Part shown: one piece after another, positions 19,052-28,432 of the stretch
Layout of the letters: every line of letters begins with the position of its first letter
How positions within the stretch are numbered: position 1 is the stretch's first letter
NCBI GenBank assembly: GCA_051859245.1
Contig: JBHYGA010000001.1
Location: 288,001 to 352,000 of the forward strand
Length of the DNA: 64,000 nucleotides
Source of the DNA: Gemmatimonadaceae bacterium
GTDB taxonomy: Bacteria; Gemmatimonadota; Gemmatimonadetes; Gemmatimonadales; Gemmatimonadaceae
Reading direction: 5' to 3'
Notes under the pieces: generated by a model
Database searches by the model: none
Told to the model about the DNA's origin: nothing
Seen by the model: only the letters and a program-made list of their open reading frames with translations
Program-made: the position numbers and the translations under genes

Positions 19052-19510
19052 TCAGTTCCAGTTGTCGATCTTGAGATCGTTCGGCGAGGGTCGACCTTCG
19101 CCGGTTTGCACGAAGTCGCGAAGACTGAGCAGGAAGACGGCCCACTTCATGCTGCAGTGTGCGGTGAACGCCACTTCTTCTTTCCAGCCGCGGTGCGCAA
19201 ATCGCACGGTGGTCTGGTTGTCTTCTGCCGTCAGATCGAACGAGATCTGCGTGCCGATCCATTCGGGTGGACCGTCGATGCACTCCCACAGCACACGTGA
19301 CGCGTCGTTGAGTGCCTGGACGCGCATGACCATGCTGCCCTTGAGTTCACCCGACGGCAGCCGGAAGGCAAACGTCAGCGTTGAGCCAACCGCCGAATCG
19401 CCCGTGACGTCGTTGGTCCACCAGCGCGACACGCCGTGGGTGGTAGCGAGGGCCGCGTACACGGTTTCCGTGGGCGCCTTGATGCCAATGCGATGTACGA
19501 TGTCGAACAC
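19052..19510 (-). CDS. SRPBCC/AHSA1-like ligand-binding protein
   Basis: VYAALAT..GVSRWW, GPPEWIGT, FAHRGW and GEGRP patterns. Confidence 0.88.
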   Translation of the reverse strand: MFDIVHRIGIKAPTETVYAALATTHGVSRWWTNDVTGDSAVGSTLTFAFRLPSGELKGSMVMRVQALNDASRVLWECIDGPPEWIGTQISFDLTAEDNQTTVRFAHRGWKEEVAFTAHCSMKWAVFLLSLRDFVQTGEGRPSPNDLKIDNWN

Positions 19511-19542
19511 GGGGGAGCTCCGTCTCTTGGGGAGTGGGCGAT

Positions 19543-19604
19543 ATCACTTGCAAAATGCAAGCGAGATGAACATACGGAAATCACTTGCAACACGCAAGCG
19601 AGAT
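19543..19604. promoter_or_regulatory. Two direct-repeated, internally palindromic operator boxes, probably for the HxlR regulator
   Basis: ATCACTTGCAAAATGCAAGCGAGAT (19543-19567) and ATCACTTGCAACACGCAAGCGAGAT (19580-19604) between divergent genes. Confidence 0.8.
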
Positions 19605-19620
19605 CCGCATAGATTTCGGT

Positions 19621-20070
19621 ATGCCTACGCGAAAGAAGCCGCTGCGATCGCATTGCCCCGTCAACTTCGCGCTCGAAGCGGTTGGTGACCGTTGGGCGCT
19701 GCTCATTCTCCGCGATATCGTCTTCCGCGGCAAACGCACCTACGGGGAGTTTCTGCGCTCCGAGGAGGGTTTCGCCACGAACATCCTCGCGTCGCGACTT
19801 GAGCAGTTGTTGCGCGAGGGCATTCTTCAGTACGACGGCGACGAGACGGACGGCCGCAAGGGCATCTACTCGCTCACGGAGAAAGGGCTGGACCTCATTC
19901 CGGTGCTTTTTGAGATGGTACGCTGGAGTGCGAAATACGACAGTCGCTCAGAGGCGCGGCGCATTCCGCGCCTCGTCGAACTGATCGAGCAGGACAATCG
20001 GGCAATCAGTCGCAAGTCCGCGGAACAGGTGCGCCGTGGTGAGGGAATTGTGCGGGGCTACGTTGTGTAA
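19621..20070 (+). CDS. HxlR-family winged-helix regulator
   Basis: CPVNFALEAVGDRWALLILRD and YSLTEKGLDL; N-terminal Cys. Confidence 0.92.
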   Translation: MPTRKKPLRSHCPVNFALEAVGDRWALLILRDIVFRGKRTYGEFLRSEEGFATNILASRLEQLLREGILQYDGDETDGRKGIYSLTEKGLDLIPVLFEMVRWSAKYDSRSEARRIPRLVELIEQDNRAISRKSAEQVRRGEGIVRGYVV

Positions 20071-20657
20071 GTGGCAAGCCACACCGTGTGATTGCCACAC
20101 GTGGGGTCGTTTACCACGTGCTCGTGCACCGTGAAGCCGTTGCTCGTGAGCAGTTGCTCATACTCCGCACTGCTCAGACTCGCGTGATACAGTGGCTGAT
20201 TGCCAAACGTACCGATCGCTTCGCCTTCGTCTGGTCCGCTGGTGAACATTAAGGGCGCATGCGGCTTTGCATGCGCCGCGAAGCGCGGAAACATGTCGCG
20301 CTGCTCACGCATCCCCAGGTGAAAGAAACTATCCCAGGCGAGCACGCCGTCGAACGCACGATCGAGAGCGAGTTCCGTCATGTTTGCAACGTGCCACTCG
20401 GCGTTCGGAAAGCGTGTGCGACACAGCGCGATCATGGTTGGTGCGGCGTCCACCCCAACAACGCGAAAGCCGCGCTCCATGACGTAGCGCGCCATCGGTT
20501 CGCCGGTGCCACATCCGATATCCAGTATGGTTCCGCCGGGCGACACGTGCGACAAAAAGCGGTCGAGCCATGCGCGCTCTTGCAGTGAACGACCGCGTTC
20601 GCGATCAAACAGCTGCGCGTGCTCTGTGTACAGCGACACGATGGAGTCTTTACTCAT
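20058..20657 (-). CDS. Class I SAM-dependent methyltransferase
   Basis: ILDIGCGTG motif I; AWDSFFHL. Confidence 0.9.
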   Translation of the reverse strand: MSKDSIVSLYTEHAQLFDRERGRSLQERAWLDRFLSHVSPGGTILDIGCGTGEPMARYVMERGFRVVGVDAAPTMIALCRTRFPNAEWHVANMTELALDRAFDGVLAWDSFFHLGMREQRDMFPRFAAHAKPHAPLMFTSGPDEGEAIGTFGNQPLYHASLSSAEYEQLLTSNGFTVHEHVVNDPTCGNHTVWLATYTT

Positions 20658-20669
20658 GGAATGTGCGCG

Positions 20670-21476
20670 TTATGGGAGCGGCGCGAGCGAGGTGCGGCAG
20701 CGTGATGCAAGCAACCCGGTCGCTGCGGTGAGGTCGAGATCTGCGATCAGTAAACCGGCGGTTCCGTACGGCTGATAGCTGTGCAGTGAACCGTCCGGAT
20801 GCGCGATGGCGGATGTCGTGGGCGAGCCAGCACTCGCCCCGTTCACTGAGGCGAAGTAGCAGGTGTTCTCGGCGGCGCGACAGAGTACGGCCTTCTCGTG
20901 AAACGTGTTGGCCGGATCCGCGAACGTGGTGGGACGGTAGCTGCCCGGTTCCGCCGTTCCTGCGTGCGGATGAAAGACAATCTGCGCGCCGCGACGCACC
21001 GCCCAGCGCACAGTTTCGGGATAGCGCCAGCCTTCGTGACAAATCACGACACCGAAGGTGACCGGGCCGGCGGTGAACACATGCCGCTCGCTGCCGAATG
21101 ACGGGTAGCGCGGTTCCTCATCAGGATCGAGTTGCATTTTGTCCTGCCAGCCAGCAACTGAACCGTCGGCGTTGATTACGCACGCCGTGATTTGCAGTCC
21201 GCGTTCGGTGATGCGTTCGGTTCCAAGAATGACGGTGATGCGCGCGGCTGCCGCGGCGCGCGCAACCGTGTGTACCGCCTGCTCAAGGAACATCGGATCG
21301 GGTGGCAGCATCAGCGAGTTCGGCCACCGATAGCCCGGCACAAAACACTCGGGAAAGCAGATGATGCGTGCTCCCTCGGCGCCGGCTTGCGCGATGGACT
21401 CGCTCGCCACCGCGACGGTTTCTTCGCGCGTGTGCGGGATGCGAACGTTGGCGAGCGCGATGCGAACGGTAGTCAA
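20670..21476 (-). CDS. Carbon-nitrogen hydrolase (nitrilase superfamily)
   Basis: E-K-C triad in CFPEC, QDKMQ and ICHEG. Confidence 0.9.
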   Translation of the reverse strand: MTTVRIALANVRIPHTREETVAVASESIAQAGAEGARIICFPECFVPGYRWPNSLMLPPDPMFLEQAVHTVARAAAAARITVILGTERITERGLQITACVINADGSVAGWQDKMQLDPDEEPRYPSFGSERHVFTAGPVTFGVVICHEGWRYPETVRWAVRRGAQIVFHPHAGTAEPGSYRPTTFADPANTFHEKAVLCRAAENTCYFASVNGASAGSPTTSAIAHPDGSLHSYQPYGTAGLLIADLDLTAATGLLASRCRTSLAPLP

Positions 21477-21525
21477 GTAGCGACCCCACCATTCATTGCG
21501 CGATTCCGGATAGTCAGTGCAAGCA

Positions 21526-21915
21526 CTATTTCAGGCGCTCCAGCGTTCCCTTACGGCGCACGATGTTTTTGTAATCCCACTGAATGTCACGCGCTTTGCC
21601 AAGCCAGCGCTGCAGGTCCGCGATATCGACTTGCGCCACTGCGGTGTAACGCGCCTCGGCCGCCTTGAAGCTGCCTTCATTCGCGAGCGCCGGTTCATCG
21701 AACGACTGACCACTCCAGAAGAGCAAGCGCATGGCATGCTTCAACTTGCTGTAACCAACAATCGGGTTGCCATCGAGAAACCACACCGGGTGTGCGTGCC
21801 AGATCTTGTTCTCTGCTTCTGGCAGTGCGTCGTCAATCGCGTGCGCAAGCAGATCGGCGATCGCCTTGTCATCCGGTGAGAGCGCGGCGTTGTACGTGGC
21901 GGTGTCAGCGTGCAT
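21526..21915 (-). CDS. DUF1801 domain protein
   Basis: ENKIWHAHPVWFLDGNPIVGYS...LLFWSGQSF. Confidence 0.85.
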   Translation of the reverse strand: MHADTATYNAALSPDDKAIADLLAHAIDDALPEAENKIWHAHPVWFLDGNPIVGYSKLKHAMRLLFWSGQSFDEPALANEGSFKAAEARYTAVAQVDIADLQRWLGKARDIQWDYKNIVRRKGTLERLK

Positions 21916-21973
21916 GACATACCTCGGGATGGTGGACGGCTCGCGGCGCTGCGCGCCAACGAAGCGAAGTGTG

Positions 21974-22195
21974 CTAGGCCTTGAATTGGCGCTGCTCTGC
22001 TTCGAGGGCCCGCTTGAGCAGATGCACGCCCTTGGGGCCAACGCCATGTAGCGCCGCCAACGCGGCCTCGGTCCACGTGGTGAGCTCGGCAACTGAACGA
22101 ATGTTGGCGTTGGCGAGTGCACGAAGAGCAGGCCCACCCAACCCTTTGGGGAAGGCCGATTCATTGGGATGTGTCTTTTCGCGATTGGTTGGCAT
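21974..22195 (-). CDS. Small helix-hairpin-helix protein resembling the RNA polymerase alpha C-terminal domain
   Basis: PALRALANANIRSVAELTTWTEAALAALHGVGPKG; HhH GxGP motif; fits co-oriented between neighbours. Confidence 0.75.
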   Translation of the reverse strand: MPTNREKTHPNESAFPKGLGGPALRALANANIRSVAELTTWTEAALAALHGVGPKGVHLLKRALEAEQRQFKA

Positions 22196-22230
22196 GGCTG
22201 AATCAGTAAGGCGCCCAACGTAACCCCAGG

Positions 22231-22707
22231 CTACCGCAGCGGTAGATACACATCCGTGATCATGTCTTCCTCACGAACATCGGGACCAACGTTCACATAG
22301 TGAAAGAAGATCGGAAAGCTGCCCAGCTGCTCTCCGCTTGCTGGCAGCCATTCGCGATAGAGATACACCGCTGTGTGATTGAAGCGACGCGAGCCTAGAT
22401 GACGCGCCACTGCGCAGCGATTGGCTGGAATGATCTTGTTGACGATCCCCTGCGGATTGGGCGCGACGATTTCGTGGTACGTCACGCAGAAATCCACCCG
22501 ATGATCAGCCGGTGACACCGTTTGCGGATCGGTGTAGTGCACCCCGAACGAACGATGATTCGCGGGCGACAATCGGTTCGCGATCCGCCACTCGATCAGC
22601 CGGCGTGCGGTATCGTACTCCCGTTCGGCCGGCCCATGATGCTCGGCGACTGCGACTGGTGTTTCAGGAAAGAACGCGGTGCGTACCGCAAGCACAGGGA
22701 CGGGCAT
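22231..22707 (-). CDS. Stand-alone GyrI-like effector-binding domain protein
   Basis: CAVARHLGS, YLYREWLPASGE and ITDVYLPL; no AraC HTH. Confidence 0.85.
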   Translation of the reverse strand: MPVPVLAVRTAFFPETPVAVAEHHGPAEREYDTARRLIEWRIANRLSPANHRSFGVHYTDPQTVSPADHRVDFCVTYHEIVAPNPQGIVNKIIPANRCAVARHLGSRRFNHTAVYLYREWLPASGEQLGSFPIFFHYVNVGPDVREEDMITDVYLPLR

Positions 22708-22711
22708 CCGA

Positions 22712-22936
22712 TCAGCGCTTCGTGTTCAGGTAGTGCGCCACCAGCGCATTCGCGTGTCCGTGTCCCATGGCGTGTTCCGTCTTGAGATGAGCAACCATTT
22801 CCATGTGCTTCAGCCCCGTCAGTTTGTCGAGTACGGTGAACCAGAAATCGACAGGTTGTCCGTACTTCGTTTCAATGGACGGGAAGTAGGACGCTGGGCC
22901 CTTGACGGCGGATGATGTGGTTTTCTTGATCACCAT
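22712..22936 (-). CDS. DUF4287 domain protein
   Basis: GPASYFPSIETKYG...KHMEMVAHLKTEHAMGHGHANALV. Confidence 0.88.
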   Translation of the reverse strand: MVIKKTTSSAVKGPASYFPSIETKYGQPVDFWFTVLDKLTGLKHMEMVAHLKTEHAMGHGHANALVAHYLNTKR

Positions 22937-22943
22937 AAAGCCT

Positions 22944-23693
22944 CTACACCTCGTCGGCGCTTAGATAGCGGTTCGGAATGTTGGAGAACGGCGGCGCGGC
23001 GCGACCGGATGCGTGCAACAACAATCTGATATTCTCGTAGATATCCTGCTCGTTGCGATGGATCTGGGGAAGCAGTCCGAGCTGCGCGAATGAGATGGGC
23101 GTGACATCCAAGAATGTTGTTTCCCATTCGAATCCTCTGCCCCAGCAGAGTCCGGGCAGAAAGACGTCGGTGCGGGCGCCTGCGGCCAGCAGCAGCTGCA
23201 TGATGGGTTGCGCGCGATTGAACGCTGAGTTCACCGTATGAAAGATGGGTGTGTGTCCGTTCAGCCCATGCGCGTCGATTGCGGCCGGCGCCTCGACGTC
23301 GGCACCCATGGCAATGAGCACTCGCGCAACCTTTTCGTGGCAATACTCGGCCGCCACGTGCAAGAGCGATGCTCCTTCAAGCGGAGCAAACGCGCAGACG
23401 AGCGTCGTGCGGTGCTGCAGGAGCGCTGGGTCTTCGCGGAGCGCGCGCGTCATCGCTGCGGCATCGTCACACAACACGGGTGCCAGTACTGGATCGTCGA
23501 GCACTGCACCGCGCTCGAGCAGCAGGCGCATGCACGGTGCGAAACCACTGCCACGACTGTACATCTCCGTCAGCCACCTGATCGGTGCCTTGCCCTGGAC
23601 AGGCGCACACGGATCCAATCCGGCGTCGAGTGCTGCGCGCAGACGGTCCACCGCGAGCAGCTCCAGGGCGTCAAGCAAATCTGACGGAGACAT
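22944..23693 (-). CDS. Ankyrin-repeat protein
   Basis: SLLHVAAEY...LIAMGADV and GHTPIFH...LLAAGA repeats. Confidence 0.85.
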   Translation of the reverse strand: MSPSDLLDALELLAVDRLRAALDAGLDPCAPVQGKAPIRWLTEMYSRGSGFAPCMRLLLERGAVLDDPVLAPVLCDDAAAMTRALREDPALLQHRTTLVCAFAPLEGASLLHVAAEYCHEKVARVLIAMGADVEAPAAIDAHGLNGHTPIFHTVNSAFNRAQPIMQLLLAAGARTDVFLPGLCWGRGFEWETTFLDVTPISFAQLGLLPQIHRNEQDIYENIRLLLHASGRAAPPFSNIPNRYLSADEV

Positions 23694-23749
23694 GCCAGCA
23701 ATTGAGTCCCAGGTCGACGTCTCGCGATAGCCCGCCAAGACGAGCTCGC

Positions 23750-23791
23750 TGGGACGAGAAATCCGATCGTCCCAACTTTATAGCACAAAGT
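23750..23791. promoter_or_regulatory. Two adjacent inverted repeats in a divergent promoter region
   Basis: TGGGACGA-N9-TCGTCCCA (23750-23774) and ACTTT-N7-AAAGT (23775-23791). Confidence 0.5.
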
Positions 23792-23886
23792 ACTTGTTGG
23801 TCACGAGCCGGCGGCCTAGGTTCTGCAGGGAGTCGCCATCTGCACGTCGGCACAGTCCGCCCGTAATCATCCACGCCCTCTGCTTC

Positions 23887-24804
23887 ATGCACCTCGCCAT
23901 TCGCGATCTGTCGAAGACGTATCCCAACGGCACGCGCGCACTTCACAACGTGTCACTCGACATTCCACAGGGAATGTTCGGGTTGCTCGGACGCAACGGT
24001 GCAGGCAAGTCCACCTTGATGCGTATCATCGCCACACTGCAAGACCCGGATGCCGGCACGATTCAACTGGGTGACATCAATGTGGTAAGTGAAAAACCGC
24101 GTGTGCGACAAACGCTCGGCTATTTGCCGCAGTCATTTGGCTTTCATCCGCGCGCCAAGGCAGAGCGGCTGCTTGAGCATTTTGCCATTCTCAAGGGCAT
24201 CGTGGATGCGCGGCTGCGGCGAGAGGTCGTGGAGTCGTTGCTGCGGCAGGTCAATCTGTGGGAGAAGCGTCGTGAACAATTGGGCACGTTCTCGGGAGGC
24301 ATGCGGCAGCGGTTTGGTGTGGCCGTCGCGCTGCTCGCCAATCCACGGCTGATCATCGTAGACGAACCGACGGCCGGCCTCGATCCGGAGGAACGCGTCC
24401 GCTTTCTGAACCTGCTGAGTGAGATCGGTGAAGACAGTGTGGTGATTCTGTCAACGCACATCGTGGAAGATGTGCGAGAGTTGTGCAGTCGCATGGCCAT
24501 TATCGACGGTGGAGAGATCTTGCTTGAAGCAGAGCCGAACGTGGCCATGCGCGCATTGCGTGGCAGGATCTGGCAGCGTACCGTCTCTCGCGACGGGCTG
24601 CATGAAGTGGAGCGCACGCAGGCCGTTATCTCAACCAGACTCCTTGCCGGCCGCACGATTGTCCACGTTTATGCGGAGACGTCGCCGGGATCGCAATACG
24701 AGCCGGTCGAACCGGAACTGCAGGATGTGTACTTCAGCGTAATGGCCGGACACTACGGACGGCGGGCCGCACACTCGAACGGTTCGGGCGTGGTGGGCGC
24801 GTGA
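23887..24804 (+). CDS. ABC transporter ATP-binding protein
   Basis: GRNGAGKST, FSGGMRQR, VDEPT and STH motifs. Confidence 0.95.
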   Translation: MHLAIRDLSKTYPNGTRALHNVSLDIPQGMFGLLGRNGAGKSTLMRIIATLQDPDAGTIQLGDINVVSEKPRVRQTLGYLPQSFGFHPRAKAERLLEHFAILKGIVDARLRREVVESLLRQVNLWEKRREQLGTFSGGMRQRFGVAVALLANPRLIIVDEPTAGLDPEERVRFLNLLSEIGEDSVVILSTHIVEDVRELCSRMAIIDGGEILLEAEPNVAMRALRGRIWQRTVSRDGLHEVERTQAVISTRLLAGRTIVHVYAETSPGSQYEPVEPELQDVYFSVMAGHYGRRAAHSNGSGVVGA

Positions 24805-27800
24805 TGCTCACGGAAATCATGCGATACGAGCTGGCGTATCGCTTACGAAGTCCGGCTACCTGGCTGTTCGCCGGTTTTCTCGTATTGATCTCCATCGTGA
24901 TGTTTCTGGCGACCGCCGATGGCGGCGTTGCCACGTTTGCGAACGCGCCGGAGCGAATCGCAGGTGGCGCGTCGGCGGTTGGTACAGTGGCCATGCTCGT
25001 CAGCGCCGCGCTCTTTGGTGACGCCGCAGTGCGGGATGTCGCCGCCGAGATGGACTCGTTGCTGTACACCACCCCGATCAGCAAGCGCGCGTATCTTGGC
25101 GGCCGATTTCTGGCCTCGTGGATCGTGAATGCACTACTGCTGTTGGCCATCCCCATCGGATTTTTGATCGCCACACAGCTTGTCACGTCGATGCAATCGG
25201 TCGGCGTCGGCCCCTTCCGATTCGCGGCATACGCACAAAGCTACGCGCTCATGCTGCTACCGAACCTCACGCTGTCTGGTGTGCTGCTGTTCGCGGTTGG
25301 TGTGAAGTCGCGCAGCATCGTGCCTGTGTATTTATGCGCGATCGGGCTGTTTATCGGTTTCCTCGTTGTCATGAATGGCGTGGCGTCATTCGAACATCCG
25401 CTCGCCAGGCTGTTGGGTGATCCGCTTGGTATCAACACCTTGCAATCCGTCACGCAGTACTGGCCGCCCGCTGAGCGGAACGTACGGTCGATCGGTATTC
25501 CATTGCCGTTACTGGTGAACCGAGCGGTATGGTTGACGATTGCGGCCGCGGTGTTTTCCGTGTTGGCGTGGCGCTTCAGGTTCGCGCACGCCGGTGTCAG
25601 TGGATCGCGTCGACGAATCGTACGTGACGACGCGGAAAGTGTGAGCCTTGTGTACCGTCCGGTGAAGACCCCCCGCATAGCGGGAACGTTTCAGCGCCGT
25701 TCGAGCGTGCAGCAGACACTTGCCGTTGCCAGACGATCACTGCAAGACCTCACGTCGGGCCGGTGGTTTCCGGTTGTCGTAGTGGCCTGTATTGCCCTCA
25801 CACTGCTCATGGGATGGAATGTCAGTGAGACGGTGTTCGACACGTCCACCTGGCCAATCACGATGCTGGTGGCCGAGACGGTCCTCGCGCAGCGAGTCGC
25901 GATCGTGATCTATGCATTGATTGTGCTGTTCGCGGGTGAACTGGTCTGGAGCGACCGTGAGTGGCAGGTGCACGAAATCGCTGACGCCGCGCCAATCGCG
26001 GACGGCGCGGTGTTGGCCGGCCGCCTCATGGCGCTGCTCGCCATGACATTGGTGCTGCAAACGGCCATGCTGATTGGCGGATTGTTGATTCAGGCACTGC
26101 AGGGCTACTACACATTTGAACCGCTGTTGTACGTCAGGATCGTATACGGCCTCCAGTTTGTGGACTACGCGCTGTTCGCGGTGCTGGCCATGTTGTGTCA
26201 CGTGCTGGTGAACCACAAATATGTGGGTCATCTCGCACTGCTACTCGCTGTCATCAGCGCTCTGTTCCTGCGCACGTTCGGTGTACTCGATCATCATCTG
26301 CTACTGTACAACACCGATCCGGGTTGGACATACTCGGACATGAACGGATTTGGTCCGTTCATTGAACCGGTGGTGTGGTTCAAGATGTATTGGGCGGCGT
26401 GGGCGTTCGTATTGGCAATCGTTGCGGCACTCTTCTGGGTGCGAGGTCGCGAGCCTGGCCTCAAACATCGATTGATCCGAGCACGATTGCGGGCAACAGC
26501 AGCGGTTGCACGGTGGGCAACTATTGCGCTTGTGTGCGTGCTGTGTCTCGGCGGGTTTGTGTTCTACAACACGAACGTGCTCAATACATACGAGTCACCC
26601 TCGACCGCCGGCCTGCAACAGGCGGAGTATGAACGGCAGTACAAACAGTATGAAGCAACACCGCAGCCTTCAATTGTCAGCGCCGATCTTCGTGTGGAAC
26701 TCCATCCGGCGCAGTCTGCCATGGAAACACGCGGAACGTACACACTGCGCAACCGTGAACGGGCGTCGATCGATTCCATTCACATCGTGCTGGCAGATCC
26801 GCTGGTACAACTTCGCTCCGTCACGTTTGATCGCGCGTCGTCGCGCGTTGTGACCGATCTGACTTCGGGCTACCACATTTTCGCACTGCGGCAGGCGCTT
26901 GCGCCCGGTGATTCGCTGCAGCTGACGTTTGAGATCAGCTATAGACCTCGTGGTTTCCCGAATAGCGATCTGCAGACCGCGATCGTAGCCAACGGTTCAC
27001 ACTTCAACCGTCGACTGCTGCCGATAATCGGTTACCAGCGCACGCTCGAAGTGGAAAGTGCAGATGCACGCGAACGGTTGGGTCTCCCGGTGCGATCAGC
27101 AACCGCGATGAGCCGCGACAGCGGTGTGCTGGCGTCTCGTTGGGCGTTGCGAGATGCAGACCTGGTGCATGTACGCACCGTCATCGGTACTGACATCGAT
27201 CAGGTGGCCGTGACGCCAGGTGTTCTGCGGCGAACATGGACAGAAAACGGCCGACGGTACTTTCACTACGAGACAGATCAGCCGACAGCGTTCGGTGCGA
27301 CGATTTTTTCGGCGAGATACGATGTGGCTGAGGATGCGTGGAATGGAGTGCCGCTGCGCGTTTATCATCATCCCGGGCATCGCGAGAACGTTGAAGGTAC
27401 CCTGCGCAGCATGAAGGCGTCGCTGGCGTACTACACGGCGCAGTTTGGTCCGTATCCTGACAATCAGCTACGCGTGGTGGAGTTTCCGCGCTACGGTGGG
27501 TTTGGCTCGGCACATCCGCACACGATTGCGTTTTCCGAGGCGTACTTCTTCAGTCGCGTGAAATCGGGTGAAGTAGATCAGCCGTTCTATGGAACGGCGC
27601 ATGAGATTGCCCACACATGGTGGGGAGGAATGATTCGTGGCGCGCCGGTAAAAGGTCATGGGCTGCTGACGGAGTCACTGGCCAACTATAGCGCGATGAT
27701 GGTAACGGAAAAGACATTCGGCGTTGCCGCCGCGCGGCGCGTCTTCGCTTTTCAGCTTGAGCGCTACCTGCTCGGTCGAGCCAGCCAGTCACTTGAGGTT

Positions 27801-28385
27801 CCTTTGCTTGATGTGCAGGACCAACCGTATCTTACGTATCGTAAAGGTGCGCTCGCGCTGTACATCCTGCGGGAGCGACTGGGCGAGGAAACGGTCAACG
27901 GAGCCCTTCGCCGGTACGTCGAGAAGTTCGGGCACGGCATGCCACCGTATCCCACGTCGCGTGATCTGTACACCGAACTGCAGACTGTCACGCCAGACTC
28001 GCTCCGACCATTGCTCGCCGATCTCTTCGAACGCGTGACGCTGTGGGATGTACGGGCGGGCGAAGCGCGCGCGGAACGAACGCGCAACGGTGAATACTCG
28101 GTGTCCATTGATGTGCAGGCGCGCAAACTAACTGCGGATAGTATCGGCCGAGAGCGCGACGTACCCATGGACGAGTTCGTCGAGATCGGCGTTTTTGCGG
28201 CCGGAGACGGCGACGGCCTCGGAATACCACTCTACGTAGGCAGGCACCCCATCCGGAGCGGCGCGCAGACCATCCGAGTCACCGTACCGAGCGAGCCGGC
28301 GCGCGCGGGCATTGATCCCTATCGACGTCTGATTGATCGTGATGGCGCTGATAATGTCGTGACGGTGAAGCGTGATTTACCGTAA
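24801..28385 (+). CDS. ABC-2-type permease fused to an M1-family zinc aminopeptidase
   Basis: Multi-TM N-terminal half; HEIAH-x19-E zinc motif and YRKG in the C-terminal domain. Confidence 0.9.
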   Translation: MMLTEIMRYELAYRLRSPATWLFAGFLVLISIVMFLATADGGVATFANAPERIAGGASAVGTVAMLVSAALFGDAAVRDVAAEMDSLLYTTPISKRAYLGGRFLASWIVNALLLLAIPIGFLIATQLVTSMQSVGVGPFRFAAYAQSYALMLLPNLTLSGVLLFAVGVKSRSIVPVYLCAIGLFIGFLVVMNGVASFEHPLARLLGDPLGINTLQSVTQYWPPAERNVRSIGIPLPLLVNRAVWLTIAAAVFSVLAWRFRFAHAGVSGSRRRIVRDDAESVSLVYRPVKTPRIAGTFQRRSSVQQTLAVARRSLQDLTSGRWFPVVVVACIALTLLMGWNVSETVFDTSTWPITMLVAETVLAQRVAIVIYALIVLFAGELVWSDREWQVHEIADAAPIADGAVLAGRLMALLAMTLVLQTAMLIGGLLIQALQGYYTFEPLLYVRIVYGLQFVDYALFAVLAMLCHVLVNHKYVGHLALLLAVISALFLRTFGVLDHHLLLYNTDPGWTYSDMNGFGPFIEPVVWFKMYWAAWAFVLAIVAALFWVRGREPGLKHRLIRARLRATAAVARWATIALVCVLCLGGFVFYNTNVLNTYESPSTAGLQQAEYERQYKQYEATPQPSIVSADLRVELHPAQSAMETRGTYTLRNRERASIDSIHIVLADPLVQLRSVTFDRASSRVVTDLTSGYHIFALRQALAPGDSLQLTFEISYRPRGFPNSDLQTAIVANGSHFNRRLLPIIGYQRTLEVESADARERLGLPVRSATAMSRDSGVLASRWALRDADLVHVRTVIGTDIDQVAVTPGVLRRTWTENGRRYFHYETDQPTAFGATIFSARYDVAEDAWNGVPLRVYHHPGHRENVEGTLRSMKASLAYYTAQFGPYPDNQLRVVEFPRYGGFGSAHPHTIAFSEAYFFSRVKSGEVDQPFYGTAHEIAHTWWGGMIRGAPVKGHGLLTESLANYSAMMVTEKTFGVAAARRVFAFQLERYLLGRASQSLEVPLLDVQDQPYLTYRKGALALYILRERLGEETVNGALRRYVEKFGHGMPPYPTSRDLYTELQTVTPDSLRPLLADLFERVTLWDVRAGEARAERTRNGEYSVSIDVQARKLTADSIGRERDVPMDEFVEIGVFAAGDGDGLGIPLYVGRHPIRSGAQTIRVTVPSEPARAGIDPYRRLIDRDGADNVVTVKRDLP

Positions 28386-28432
28386 TCGGCGATTGGGGCA
28401 TCGCCCCCGTCACGATATTCGCCGTCGTCGCG

